Notes under the pieces: model-generated
Databases searched by the model: none
Seen by the model: only the letters and a program-made list of their open reading frames with translations
Told to the model about the DNA's origin: nothing
Source of the DNA: Patescibacteria group bacterium
GTDB lineage: Bacteria > Patescibacteriota > Minisyncoccia > Minisyncoccales > Staskawiczbacteraceae
Direction: 5' to 3'
Assembly: GCA_018895235.1 (NCBI GenBank)
Contig: JAHIOM010000014.1
Coordinates: forward strand, 5,203-69,202
Length of the DNA: 64,000 bases
Shown here: piece by piece, positions 18,782 through 29,267 of the stretch
Position numbering within the stretch: the first letter of the stretch is position 1
Layout: each line of letters opens with the position of its first letter
Position numbers and translations under genes: made by a program

Positions 18782-20455
18782 TTAGTTAATTTTAGCATCT
18801 TTCCTGCTAAAATACTGCTTTAATTCCCCTTCTTTCTTCTGTATCTGCTCAACGGTTCCCCTTCTGGCAAAATCATATTCTTGCATATCAACCAAAAGGT
18901 ATTTGGATATTAAAGGATAAATTTTCTGAATTAACTTTATTTTATCGTGTTCTATTTTTCGATAATCAGGGTGACCCTGAGGAATAGTTCTTAATTCCGC
19001 TTCCCAGAAAAAAGACCTTAAGTTCTGATATTGGATAAACCTAAGTTTATGGGCCAAAGCGCAACAATATTGGGCAATATCCTGATCCTTATTTCTCACT
19101 TTTTCATACAGTTCTTCGGTTTTTTCGATGGCGGATTTAAATTCGTTTTCCAGTCCGATTTCCTTTAATTCTGGCGGCGTGTCAAAACCGTTATAAGGGG
19201 AAAATCTTTGCCTGTATTGAGTATGAATTCTATGTCGATGCAGATCTCTCCAGGCACCGATGTTCATTGTAATTTCAAAACGAAGATAAGCATTCTCAAA
19301 GGCGCGGGGGATTTTGTAATATCTTTGCTTTCTGTCTTTAAGAACCTCCTGAAGGATTTTTTCTTTGTCCTCGGCTGATAAACGACGAACCCTGCCCAAA
19401 ACCCTACTAAACGGCTCTTGCGCCTCAAGATAAATAAGACCGGCAATTATTTTATTCTCAGCATCGCCATCATAATCCAATAGTTTAACATTGGTCTGGC
19501 TCGGGATTGTTTCTTTCGGCCAATTTACCTCTGTTAAAACTTTGTTAACCCGATCGCTTCTTTCTGAAATATATTTTCTGTAATCTTCGGAATCTTGGCT
19601 TTCAATCCTTCTTAAAAAAGCAGGCATAATTTTATTCAATTCATCTAGGGCCCGCTGCCCCATCCAACGGATTTCGCCAAGTTTATTATCCAAAGACCTG
19701 GTTATAGCATATTCAAATGCCTGACCGTTGCCAAAAAAAGAAACAGAACTCAAAGTAGAAACGGGCAGTAATTTTCTTGCCACATCAAAGGCTTTTGTTT
19801 TAAGAACTAATTCTTTTTCTCCGGGATATTTTTGTTTAAGGTGCTCAAAATATTTATTGTTAACCAAAGTATAATTATCAAAAAGATTATCCATTACTTC
19901 TCTGTATTCTTTCATTAACCCCATGCCCTCTAAGGTGGGATCGGCATAATACAGATATTGGCCATTTACTTTGGCAGAATAATCAACAAAACGAGTTGAT
20001 TTTTCAATTGGGGCTATTCCCAACCTCATATCCTCTAAATGTTTAATGGCTAACTGCGATATTCCGGCATAAATAAGATGAGTGCCTGCCATCTGGGCGA
20101 TAGAATCATCGCCAAATTGAGATAACCATTTGATATAGAACTCTCTGCCTTTAGGATTTGAAAAAACTACTTCAAGAGGATGTTGATGCAAAAAATCAAT
20201 TAAAGCTCTGAGAGATTCGCCGTATTCGCTTTTTTCCTCCAAAAAGGGTTTTATAAACTCGTTTAGGAAGATTGCTCTTAAATCATCTTTAGCCCGGCTG
20301 GTTCTGGCGCAGAGGGCACCGATAACTTCCGGTGGTATAAAAGTAACTGCAAAAACAGATTGGTCTATGTTGGTGAAGAACGGCTCGATAGAATAACGTT
20401 CTTGGTCTGAAAGATTGGGTTTATCAAATAAAGGCGCGAACTTTTCTATTTCCAT
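18782..20455 (-). CDS. thyX: Tandem-domain FAD-dependent thymidylate synthase
   Basis: FGDDSIAQ, EKSTRF, DLHRHR, ELRTIPQGHPDYR; next to tmk. Confidence 0.85.
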   Translation of the reverse strand: MEIEKFAPLFDKPNLSDQERYSIEPFFTNIDQSVFAVTFIPPEVIGALCARTSRAKDDLRAIFLNEFIKPFLEEKSEYGESLRALIDFLHQHPLEVVFSNPKGREFYIKWLSQFGDDSIAQMAGTHLIYAGISQLAIKHLEDMRLGIAPIEKSTRFVDYSAKVNGQYLYYADPTLEGMGLMKEYREVMDNLFDNYTLVNNKYFEHLKQKYPGEKELVLKTKAFDVARKLLPVSTLSSVSFFGNGQAFEYAITRSLDNKLGEIRWMGQRALDELNKIMPAFLRRIESQDSEDYRKYISERSDRVNKVLTEVNWPKETIPSQTNVKLLDYDGDAENKIIAGLIYLEAQEPFSRVLGRVRRLSAEDKEKILQEVLKDRKQRYYKIPRAFENAYLRFEITMNIGAWRDLHRHRIHTQYRQRFSPYNGFDTPPELKEIGLENEFKSAIEKTEELYEKVRNKDQDIAQYCCALAHKLRFIQYQNLRSFFWEAELRTIPQGHPDYRKIEHDKIKLIQKIYPLISKYLLVDMQEYDFARRGTVEQIQKKEGELKQYFSRKDAKIN

Positions 20456-20567
20456 GTTGACTACGTAATGAGTTTCGGCAAAGATTGGAAAAAATCTTTA
20501 ACCTTGGCCCTTCGTAGATATTTACCCGGTTAAATGCCCGTGGGCAATCCCGCCAAGGCGGGATTAT

Positions 20568-21197
20568 TTAACTGGGTGAATTTTTAAATATTTTTTCGTT
20601 AATAATATTTTTGATTTCTTCATGAATCGCCTCAATAGATCTTTCTCCTTCAATAATAAACACATTTTCAATTTTCTCCGGCATTATTCTGTATGCCTCC
20701 CAAACCTTGGTTAGTTTTTCTTCTTTCTCAAAAAGAGTTTTAGCGGTTCCTCTTTTATCAATTCTTTCAACGCAAACCCGGGGCGCTACTTTTAGAATAA
20801 AAGATAAATCGGGCAGTAAGAAATTATCATTTAACTTAATCAACCAGTCTAAATCTACACCATCTGATGCTCCGAAACAAAAAGAGGAGAAAAAATATCT
20901 ATCGGATATAACAAACTTCCCTTGTTCTAAAGCCGGGATAATAGTATTTTTTAAATGTTCCTCTCGGTCTTTCGCAAAAAGTTTCTGCAGTTCAGCCGGG
21001 TCTTCTTGGGTTTTTTCATCTAAAATCTGTCTTATTTTCCTTCCGGCTTCGGAATCTTTTGTTGGCTCTTTGGTAATTACTACTTGGTATCCTTGTTTTA
21101 ATAAAAAATCTCTTAAAAGAGACGCTTGAGTTGACTGGCCGGAGCCGTCTAACCCCTCAAATGCAATAAATTTTCCCGGTAAGGTATTTTTAATCAT
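20568..21197 (-). CDS. tmk: Thymidylate kinase
   Basis: FIAFEGLDGSGQST, TKEPT, VISDRY. Confidence 0.93.
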   Translation of the reverse strand: MIKNTLPGKFIAFEGLDGSGQSTQASLLRDFLLKQGYQVVITKEPTKDSEAGRKIRQILDEKTQEDPAELQKLFAKDREEHLKNTIIPALEQGKFVISDRYFFSSFCFGASDGVDLDWLIKLNDNFLLPDLSFILKVAPRVCVERIDKRGTAKTLFEKEEKLTKVWEAYRIMPEKIENVFIIEGERSIEAIHEEIKNIINEKIFKNSPS

Positions 21198-21318
21198 GGT
21201 TTTGTTTTAAATCATACTATCATAACAGAAATAAAAAAAGAAGGGGTTTTAATCCTTCAATAATTAGATAATGTAAGATTTTGTAAAGCGCTTCGTTCTA
21301 AAGAAAAACTTGTTTTAT

Positions 21319-21939
21319 TTAATTACCCAGAATAACTTTTTCTAATTCCTCTAAGTTGTGGACTATGAAGTCGGGATTTACAGTTTTTAACCTATTCTCT
21401 GCACTAAAACCCCAGGTAACTGCAGCAGTTATAACACCATTTTTTTCTCCGACTTCTATCTCATGATTAGAATCGCCAATAAAAATAGTTTCTTCTGGTT
21501 TGAAGTTGTGTTTTCTAATCAACTCCTCTATAGCTTCTGATTTATCGTGAACACCAACAATAACATCATCAAATATACCTTTAAGTTTAAAACTTTCAAT
21601 TTCTGGCAAAATAGTTTCGGGGTCATCAGAACTTATAATCACTATCTTTCTTTTGGTTTGTTTGAGTTTCTTTATTAAATCTGTGATCCCTGGATATGAT
21701 TTGGCTTTTGGGTTTTCCGCAATAGCTTTTTTATAAGCAACAACTTCCTGCTCTATGTTTAAATTCGGCAAATACTTGTTATAAAAACGCATATACGGCT
21801 GCTCCCAATTTTCTTTCAATTCTTCCAACGATATCTCTTTTATCCCAAAACTCTTAAATATTTTGTTTACTGCGCAAAAATGGTCTGAAACGCAGTCTTT
21901 TATAACGCCAGACCAGTCAAAAATAATGTTTTTTATCAT
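21319..21939 (-). CDS. HAD-family hydrolase
   Basis: IIFDWSGVI motif I variant, FIGDS, VTWGF. Confidence 0.85.
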   Translation of the reverse strand: MIKNIIFDWSGVIKDCVSDHFCAVNKIFKSFGIKEISLEELKENWEQPYMRFYNKYLPNLNIEQEVVAYKKAIAENPKAKSYPGITDLIKKLKQTKRKIVIISSDDPETILPEIESFKLKGIFDDVIVGVHDKSEAIEELIRKHNFKPEETIFIGDSNHEIEVGEKNGVITAAVTWGFSAENRLKTVNPDFIVHNLEELEKVILGN

Positions 21940-21961
21940 ATTTTACTGCTTTTAGTTTGAT

Positions 21962-22537
21962 TTAATTGTCTTCATATTCAACTTCTTTAGGAAACATCAA
22001 CTGAAAAGGATAACCGACATAGTTCCTCTTTATTTTCCCACACCCAATATTTTTCAGAAAGTTTATCATTTCGTCTGTTATTACCTTTGCGTCTGCATTT
22101 TCATTATTTCCTATATATTCAATCTCTACAAAATCTCCCAAATTTTTTACATTGTCTATCGAAATCTCATAATCTTTATATATCCATGTTTTCCTTAATT
22201 TATCAACCAAAACTACCTGTTTAAAATTTAAAACATCAAATATCTTTCTAATTTTATTAATATCTTCTATCTTCGTTTCGTATTCGTCACAATAAGAACT
22301 TTTACTATTTTCATCAAAATGCCAATTTTTATAGTTTATTGAATAATTACCGCCAGAATTTCTTAACCTCAGCCACTCTTTAAGTGGTCTAAATTCTAAA
22401 AAATTGCGATGGGCCGGAGAAAAATATTCGTCAATTTGGCGCTTTTCTGATTTATGGTGCGCGTTTTCCGCTAAAAAATCAATCAATGGTTTGCTGTTTT
22501 CTATATTAACTTGGATTTCTATTTCAATATTTTCCAT
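21962..22537 (-). CDS. CYTH-domain protein (class IV adenylate cyclase-like)
   Basis: IEIEIQ, QIDEYF, WLRLR, LGDFVEIE. Confidence 0.85.
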   Translation of the reverse strand: MENIEIEIQVNIENSKPLIDFLAENAHHKSEKRQIDEYFSPAHRNFLEFRPLKEWLRLRNSGGNYSINYKNWHFDENSKSSYCDEYETKIEDINKIRKIFDVLNFKQVVLVDKLRKTWIYKDYEISIDNVKNLGDFVEIEYIGNNENADAKVITDEMINFLKNIGCGKIKRNYVGYPFQLMFPKEVEYEDN

Positions 22538-22603
22538 ATTTTGAGTTTATTTTGTTCCATATTACAACAAAAAAGGGATCTCCGCCATAGAGATCCCCTG
22601 AAT

Positions 22604-23701
22604 TTATTTCCTCAGTCTTTCCCACCCCAATTTTTGCCAAATAATTTCGTTTTGTTTTGGCTTAAACGAAATACATAAAGGAATAACTTCTCCAAAATTT
22701 CGTTTTTGATTGGTGCAGGGAGTCGGTGTCCGAAGATCAAATCCTTCAAGCTCATTTGTTTCATGCTTCCAAAAAATTCCTCGGGCATCGAACCTAGCAA
22801 CAGCCCAGGGTGTACCGATTCTTAGAGCACAGATTTGAATTAAACCGTTTGAATGGACTAAAACCCTTTCTCCAAATTTTACAGGACAATAACCGTAATA
22901 TTCTTGGCTTTCATTAAATTCCTCTCGAGTTACAAACCGCCTAGGAATTCTCACTTGTACTTTATATCTACCCGCATCTGTTCTTTTGCGTATTTCTTCA
23001 TACAATTCCAACCAGAGTTCCAGCGAGATATCCGTTTCTCCAACCCATTCATCTCGCGGAATATCCATCCGGAAAAGAGGATGAAAATTTATCCGCTTAA
23101 CTCCTATTTTCTCAGCAAATCTAATCATTGATTCAATCAAGAACTCGCCGTCTCGACTCCTGCCCACATTTTCTCTGTGTACACAGCAAGTTACATCTAC
23201 TTTGTATCCGAGACTGACGGCCTTTTTTATATTCTCCAAAGCCATTGAAAAAGAAGTTTCTCCTCTTAATGCGTCATTGATTGTATTAAAATGACTATCA
23301 ATGCTAAATGTTATTTCATCAAGCATTTTAAACTCTACTCTCTCCAACAACTCTGGAGAAAACTGGCCGTTAGTATCAAGTCGGACATATTCATAACCCA
23401 AATCTTTTGCGCCCTTTATTACAGCTAATAATGGCTTATGGCCATTCGATGCACCGTACAATGTCGGCTCTCCGCCGATCAGTGATAATTTAATTGCGCC
23501 AAGTTCTTTAAGTTTTTCCAACAAAAGCAGAGCTGTATATTCAGGTATCTCGCCGTTTCTTCTAAGCCACGGCTTATAAAGACATTGGGTGCATGTGAGA
23601 TTGCAATTGTCCGTGATATACAAAAATACTTGTTTAATTCTTTCCCTAAAATAATCTTCGAATTTTGGATCGACGGTGAATTCTTTTGGTTTGCTGGTCA
23701 T
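22604..23701 (-). CDS. Radical SAM protein
   Basis: CNLTCTQC, GGEPTL, DTNG; start at MTSKPK after AGGAGG RBS. Confidence 0.9.
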   Translation of the reverse strand: MTSKPKEFTVDPKFEDYFRERIKQVFLYITDNCNLTCTQCLYKPWLRRNGEIPEYTALLLLEKLKELGAIKLSLIGGEPTLYGASNGHKPLLAVIKGAKDLGYEYVRLDTNGQFSPELLERVEFKMLDEITFSIDSHFNTINDALRGETSFSMALENIKKAVSLGYKVDVTCCVHRENVGRSRDGEFLIESMIRFAEKIGVKRINFHPLFRMDIPRDEWVGETDISLELWLELYEEIRKRTDAGRYKVQVRIPRRFVTREEFNESQEYYGYCPVKFGERVLVHSNGLIQICALRIGTPWAVARFDARGIFWKHETNELEGFDLRTPTPCTNQKRNFGEVIPLCISFKPKQNEIIWQKLGWERLRK

Positions 23702-24557
23702 GAGATACCTCCTTTCTTGTAAGAGTTTGAAGATTTCTGAGTAAGCCGAGATTCTGCTGGCTTTTCTCGTCCCGTTCCGGAATTTCAAGAATTTTAGGAA
23801 TGTCTGAAAATCTTGGTTCTCCCACAATAGCATGAAAACATTCTAATCCCAGGTATCCTTCCCCAATCGAAGCATGCCTATCAATGTAAGAACCTAAATC
23901 TTCTTTTGAATCATTAAGATGAAACGCCGCCACGTTTTTCATTCCGATGATTTTGTCTAATTGCTCCATCGTCTTTTCATATCCTTTATATGAACTTACA
24001 TCATACCCTGCTGCAAAAACATGGCAGGTATCAAAACAGACACCAAATCGTTCCGGCTGTTTGACAAGCCCCATTATTTCCGCCAATTGTTCAAAAGAGC
24101 TTCCAATCTCGGTACCTTGACCAGACATAGTTTCCAAAAGTATTTTCGTAAGTGTATTACTTGTGCTGGCTAACGCCATATTCAAAACATTGACAGATCT
24201 TTTAATTCCTGTCTTTACGCCTGCGCCGCGATGGCTACCTGGATGCGCTACTATAAAAGAAACTCCCATTTTTCTAGCTCGATCCAATTCAGCAATCAAG
24301 CGATTCCCTGCTTTTATATAAAGATCACTGTCTGACGACGCCAAATTAACCAAATACGGCAGGTGGGCCACTACCTCCTTAACCTTGCTTTTTCTCCAAG
24401 CATTTTTGAATTCAAAAATTTCTTTTTCAGACAAGATAGGAACATCCCATCTTCTTGAAAGAGTAAGGTATATCTGAATGCATTCGCATCCCCATTTGTC
24501 AGCGCATTCAAAACCTTTCGGTAATCCACCTATAGTTGGTACATTAGAACCCAGCAT
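23646..24557 (-). CDS. nfo: Endonuclease IV family protein
   Basis: AHLPYLVNL, HPGS, LLETMSGQG, CFDTCH, HLNDSK, DRHASIG. Confidence 0.92.
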   Translation of the reverse strand: MLGSNVPTIGGLPKGFECADKWGCECIQIYLTLSRRWDVPILSEKEIFEFKNAWRKSKVKEVVAHLPYLVNLASSDSDLYIKAGNRLIAELDRARKMGVSFIVAHPGSHRGAGVKTGIKRSVNVLNMALASTSNTLTKILLETMSGQGTEIGSSFEQLAEIMGLVKQPERFGVCFDTCHVFAAGYDVSSYKGYEKTMEQLDKIIGMKNVAAFHLNDSKEDLGSYIDRHASIGEGYLGLECFHAIVGEPRFSDIPKILEIPERDEKSQQNLGLLRNLQTLTRKEVSHDQQTKRIHRRSKIRRLF

Positions 24558-25191
24558 GATATTTTTCTCCTAAAAGATTTTCTACTTCTTTCCACATATT
24601 ATTAAAAACTTCACCCACTGAAACACTCGCATCTATTACTTTAATCCTTTTCGGGAATCTTTTTGCTTGTTCTAAATATCCAATTCTCACCCTTTCGTGA
24701 AACACAATGGATTCTTTTTCAATCCGATGCTTTTCTCTTGATGCTATGCGAGCCAGCGCTATACGCGGATCAATATCTAAAAGAATAGTAATCGCAGGAT
24801 TGATACCGTCTGCTACTACCTGACTTAATTTATCAACAAAATCAACTGATAATCCCCTAGCAAAAACTTGGAAAGCATAAAAAGCATCGTTGTATCGTTC
24901 GCCAATAACAACCTTACCTCCTAAAAGAGCTGGCTTGATTACCTCTACCACATTTTGATGGCGCGCGGCTGCGATAAGTAACGCTTCTGTCAATATCGCA
25001 ACGTTATTATTTTCTTCTAAGTTGATTCTGCGCAATTTCTGTCCGATAGCCGTACCTTTTTGATCAACTGAAATAACTGTTTTATAACCCAGTTCTTCCA
25101 GTTTCTTCTTTAATAAATTCGTTAAAGTGGTTTTGCCGCAACCATGTCCACCCTCAATTGTAACAAACAAACCAGGATAATCTCTATTCAT
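24544..25191 (-). CDS. tmk: Second thymidylate kinase-like protein
   Basis: IEGGHGCGKTT, AARHQ, GERY, HERVRIGY. Confidence 0.85.
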   Translation of the reverse strand: MNRDYPGLFVTIEGGHGCGKTTLTNLLKKKLEELGYKTVISVDQKGTAIGQKLRRINLEENNNVAILTEALLIAAARHQNVVEVIKPALLGGKVVIGERYNDAFYAFQVFARGLSVDFVDKLSQVVADGINPAITILLDIDPRIALARIASREKHRIEKESIVFHERVRIGYLEQAKRFPKRIKVIDASVSVGEVFNNMWKEVENLLGEKYHAGF

Positions 25192-25406
25192 TTCAATCTC
25201 TCCTTCAGGATATTAATTTTTCAAAAGTGAAAACCGCTTTCACTTGCTGTTTTCAGATTACGGCTTTAACAATTTATATCAAGAGTCCCGCAGAAGCGGT
25301 GAACCTGACAACTCAATTTTTCTTGCTTGATAAAATACTATAGCACAACGAAAATAAAAGAAGAAGAGGTCTAATCTCTTCTTCTTTCCAAATCTTATTT
25401 TGTATA

Positions 25407-25949
25407 TTATTTAAGACCTTCTTTTTGATTTTGGTCTTCTCCGTACTGGTATTTATCATCCACGATATCTTTTTCTCTCCACTCTTCAACCCAATCCTTA
25501 ACATAAAAAATTCTCATATTATTTTCTTCTTTTTCGGAACAAACCACTCTTTCAATTCCGGCATTAATAATCATTCTTTTGCAAAAATAGCAAGGATAAG
25601 TTGACACCCTATTACCCTCTCTGTCTTTGCTGTGTAAATAAAGCGCTCCTCCGTACAAACTTACCCCCGCCCTAGCGGCGTTAATAATAGCATTCTGTTC
25701 GGCATGCACACTTCTGCATAATTCATATCTCTCACCGTGGGGAATTTTTAACTTATCTCTCAGACAATTTCCTCTTTCTAAACAATCTTTGGTTTTCCTC
25801 GGAGCGCCTATATAACCAGTAGCGATAATTTGATCGTCTCTAACAATTATTGCCCCATTTTTTGCTCTAAAACAGGTGCTTCGCTCGCCAATTTCTTTGG
25901 CGATATTAAGATAATATTGATCTTTTGACGGACGTTTAGTATCTGCCAT
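25407..25949 (-). CDS. dCMP deaminase family protein
   Basis: RSTC, HAEQNAI, PCYFC. Confidence 0.92.
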   Translation of the reverse strand: MADTKRPSKDQYYLNIAKEIGERSTCFRAKNGAIIVRDDQIIATGYIGAPRKTKDCLERGNCLRDKLKIPHGERYELCRSVHAEQNAIINAARAGVSLYGGALYLHSKDREGNRVSTYPCYFCKRMIINAGIERVVCSEKEENNMRIFYVKDWVEEWREKDIVDDKYQYGEDQNQKEGLK

Positions 25950-25959
25950 AATTTTGTTT

Positions 25960-26385
25960 TTATTCTGTAATTTCAATTCCCATATTTTTTGCTGTGCCGG
26001 CGATTATTTTCATCGCCTGTTCAATATCAGTAGTGTTCAAATCTTCTATTTTCTTTTGGGCAATTTCTTTTAATTGGGCTTTGGTAATTTTAGCCACTTT
26101 TATTTTATTGGGCTCGCCAGAACCTTTTTCAATTCCGGCTGCTTTTCTTAGTAATTCTGAAGCGGGCGGTTTTTTAAGTTTAAAAGTATAGGTTCTATCA
26201 TTATAAATTGTAATCTCTACCGGTACAATAAAACCGGCCTGGTCTTTTGTTGCTTCGTTAAATTTCTGGCAGAATTCAGAAATATTCAAACCGTGCTGAG
26301 CCAAAGCCGGACCCACCGGAGGCGCTGGATTGGCTTTTGTTGCCTGTATCTGAAGTTTAACAATTGCTTTTATTTGTTTTGCCAT
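25960..26385 (-). CDS. rplK: 50S ribosomal protein L11
   Basis: [11 protein letters not shown]; start at MAKQIK. Confidence 0.97.
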   Translation of the reverse strand: MAKQIKAIVKLQIQATKANPAPPVGPALAQHGLNISEFCQKFNEATKDQAGFIVPVEITIYNDRTYTFKLKKPPASELLRKAAGIEKGSGEPNKIKVAKITKAQLKEIAQKKIEDLNTTDIEQAMKIIAGTAKNMGIEITE

Positions 26386-26416
26386 AGTTTTATATTTTAA
26401 TCTTTTATATCCTAAT

Positions 26417-26962
26417 TTAAACTTTTTTAATTTGCAAAGAGTCAAGTTCAACCGGAGTATCCCGACCAAACATATTAACTAATACTTTGACCTTACCCTT
26501 TTCCAAATCAATCTCTGAAACCTTTCCGTCAAAACTCTTAAATGGACCATCATTAATTTTAACCAAATCGCCGATTTTAAAATCAATTTTGAAATCAGGC
26601 TCCTTAACTTCCATTTTTTTCATTAAATAATCTACTTCTTCCTTAGAAACAGGCAAGGGAGTTGTGCCGGCCCCGATAAAACCTGTAACGCGGGGAGTGT
26701 TTCTCACCACATACCATGACGCATCGGTTACTATCATTTCAACCAACACATAGCCCGGATATATTTTTTCTTCAATTACTTTGCGCTTGCTGTTCTTTAT
26801 TTTAATCTTCTTTTCTTTCGGGACAATAACATTAAAAATCTTATCTTCCATACCTAAACTCTCAATCCTTTGTTTTAGGTTTTTAGCAACCGCATCTTCG
26901 TAACCGGAATAAGTGTGGATTACATACCAGTTTCTGCTTTGTTCAATGATTTGCTTTGGCAT
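26417..26962 (-). CDS. nusG: Transcription termination/antitermination factor NusG
   Basis: [30 protein letters not shown]. Confidence 0.97.
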   Translation of the reverse strand: MPKQIIEQSRNWYVIHTYSGYEDAVAKNLKQRIESLGMEDKIFNVIVPKEKKIKIKNSKRKVIEEKIYPGYVLVEMIVTDASWYVVRNTPRVTGFIGAGTTPLPVSKEEVDYLMKKMEVKEPDFKIDFKIGDLVKINDGPFKSFDGKVSEIDLEKGKVKVLVNMFGRDTPVELDSLQIKKV

Positions 26963-26974
26963 AATGTATAAAGG

Positions 26975-27190
26975 TTAGGAAGCGCGGTATAAAATAAACT
27001 TTTGGATTAAATTCATAAAAATATAGTCTAGACCGCCCAAAAAGGCAGCTACTATAAAAGTTACCAGGATTACAATTAATGTATATCTCAAAAGCTCTTG
27101 GCGGTTTAGCCAGTTAACTTTTTTGAGTTCTAAATATACTCCTTTTAAAAAGCTTTTTATTCTGCTTACAATATTTGAGAGTTTAATCAT
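26975..27190 (-). CDS. secE: Preprotein translocase SecE
   Basis: ELKKVNW plus TM helix, upstream of nusG. Confidence 0.92.
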   Translation of the reverse strand: MIKLSNIVSRIKSFLKGVYLELKKVNWLNRQELLRYTLIVILVTFIVAAFLGGLDYIFMNLIQKFILYRAS

Positions 27191-27288
27191 ATTAAAATAA
27201 TCCTAATGGTATTTAAGTAAAAAATCAAATCTCTTGGTTTTTAAAACGGCCGCGGGGGCCATCTACCCTTAAATTACCCTGCCAAGAA

Positions 27289-29244
27289 CTAAATGTCAAG
27301 GTTTTTCACTGCTTTTGCATGGGTCTGAATAAACTTTTTCCTTGGTCCTACTTCCTCACCCATCAAAGTATCAAAAATCTTATCCGCCTCCCTGACATCA
27401 TCAATTGTCACTTTTAATAATACCCTGTTTTGAGGATCCATTGTTGTTTCCCATAGTTGTTCGGCATTCATTTCTCCGAGACCTTTGTAGCGTTGAATAG
27501 AAACGCCTTGAGCCCTATTCAACGATTTTAAAACCTGCGCTTTTTGATCCTCTGTAAGGGCATATTTTATCTCTTTACCTGCCTGAATTTTATACAAAGG
27601 AGGTTGGGCGATATAGATATACCCCATTTCAATTAATGGTTTAAAATGACGGTAAAAAAAAGTCAGAAGCAGGGTCCTTATGTGTGCGCCATCGACGTCA
27701 CTATCAGTCATAATCACGATACGATGATATCTTAACTTTTCTATACTAAAATCTTCGCCGATTGCAGTTCCTAAAGCAATAATCAAAGCCCTTATTTCTT
27801 TATTATCTAACATTTTGTCTAAACGAGCTCTCTCCACGTTTAAAATCTTACCCCTTAATGGCAGAATCGCCTGAAAGTGCCTGTCTCTTGCTTGACGGCT
27901 CGAACCTCCGGCACTTTCTCCCTCCACTATATACAACTCTGATTCTTCTGGTTTGCGTGAAAGACAGTCTGCAAGTTTGCCGGGCAAAGCTAGCCCCTCT
28001 AAAATTCCTTTTCTCAAAACTATCTGGCGGGCGCTTTTTGCAGCTTCCCTGGCCTTAGCAGCCAAAAGACAATTCTCAACAATTCCCTTGGCATCTGAAG
28101 GATACCTTTCTAAATAATCGCTTAGGGCTTCTGCTACTGCTGATTCTACGGCGTTTTTCGCTTCGGGGTTTCCTAATTTTGCTTTTGTCTGACCTTCAAA
28201 CTGAGGATTTCTTACTTTTACCAACACAACTGAAGTTAAACCCTCTCTCACATCGTCGCCGGAAAGATTACCATCTTTTTCTTTGATAAAACCCTCCCGC
28301 CTCGCGTAATCATTTAAAGATCTCGTTAGGGCGGCCCTAAAACCGGTAAGATGGGTGCCACCTTCCGGAGTATAAATATTATTGGCAAAACTTTCCTCAA
28401 TACATTCCATTTCTTGGGTGTATTGGAAAGCTACTTCAACCGCAATATCGTTTTTTGTCGTTGAAACGTTAAAAACATTCGGATTGCGGGGCGTGTTGTC
28501 ACCGACTAGATATTTAACATAAGAAGCCACGCCTCCTTCAAAGTAAAAAGAATAGCTTAATTTATCCTTCCCCCTTGCATCTATAAGAGTTACCCTTACT
28601 CCCCTTGTCAAATAGGCCTGCTGTCGTAAGTGGTTTAAGATTTTTTTTGAATCATATTTTATTTCTTTAAAAATCTCTGAGTCAGCCTGAAAGGTGATAA
28701 AGGTTCCTGTTTCTTTGCAACTTCCCATTTTTTTAACAGGGGTTTTCACATTTCCTTTGGCGTATTCTTGCATATATAATCCCCCATCCCTACAAACTTC
28801 GGCCTTCATATAAACAGACAGGGCACAAACAACAGAAACTCCAACACCGTGCAAACCGCCAGATACCTGGTAGGCCTTACCGCCAAATTTGCCTCCGGCA
28901 TGCAAAATGGTCATCACTGTTTCTAAAGCAGATTTTTTAGTTTGAGGATGTTTTTCAACCGGTATCCCTCTTCCGTCATCAGTAACTTTTACTACATCAT
29001 TCGGCAATAAAGAAACCTCGATGTTTTTACAATAGCCAGCCATTGCTTCATCAATCGCGTTATCTAAACACTCCCAAATTAAATGATGCAAACCATCAGG
29101 CCCGGTTGAACCGATATACATTGCCGGTCTTTTCCTCACCGCTTCCAAACCCTTTAAAACATAAATATCCTTGGCTGTGTATTCGCCTTCTTTTCTGTCT
29201 TTTTCAACTTTTTTAGTTTTTTCTACTTCTTTTTTCGCTGTCAT
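27289..29244 (-). CDS. gyrB: DNA gyrase subunit B
   Basis: VRKRPAMYIG, GGLHGVG, VEGESAGG, LPLRGKILN, QRYKGLGEM. Confidence 0.97.
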   Translation of the reverse strand: MTAKKEVEKTKKVEKDRKEGEYTAKDIYVLKGLEAVRKRPAMYIGSTGPDGLHHLIWECLDNAIDEAMAGYCKNIEVSLLPNDVVKVTDDGRGIPVEKHPQTKKSALETVMTILHAGGKFGGKAYQVSGGLHGVGVSVVCALSVYMKAEVCRDGGLYMQEYAKGNVKTPVKKMGSCKETGTFITFQADSEIFKEIKYDSKKILNHLRQQAYLTRGVRVTLIDARGKDKLSYSFYFEGGVASYVKYLVGDNTPRNPNVFNVSTTKNDIAVEVAFQYTQEMECIEESFANNIYTPEGGTHLTGFRAALTRSLNDYARREGFIKEKDGNLSGDDVREGLTSVVLVKVRNPQFEGQTKAKLGNPEAKNAVESAVAEALSDYLERYPSDAKGIVENCLLAAKAREAAKSARQIVLRKGILEGLALPGKLADCLSRKPEESELYIVEGESAGGSSRQARDRHFQAILPLRGKILNVERARLDKMLDNKEIRALIIALGTAIGEDFSIEKLRYHRIVIMTDSDVDGAHIRTLLLTFFYRHFKPLIEMGYIYIAQPPLYKIQAGKEIKYALTEDQKAQVLKSLNRAQGVSIQRYKGLGEMNAEQLWETTMDPQNRVLLKVTIDDVREADKIFDTLMGEEVGPRKKFIQTHAKAVKNLDI

Positions 29245-29267
29245 ATTATTTATTTTTATTTATAAGA

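Noticed and set aside
25200..25312. Possible riboswitch upstream of the second tmk
   Set aside because: Only a short accgctt/aagcggt pairing is visible, with no recognisable aptamer consensus.
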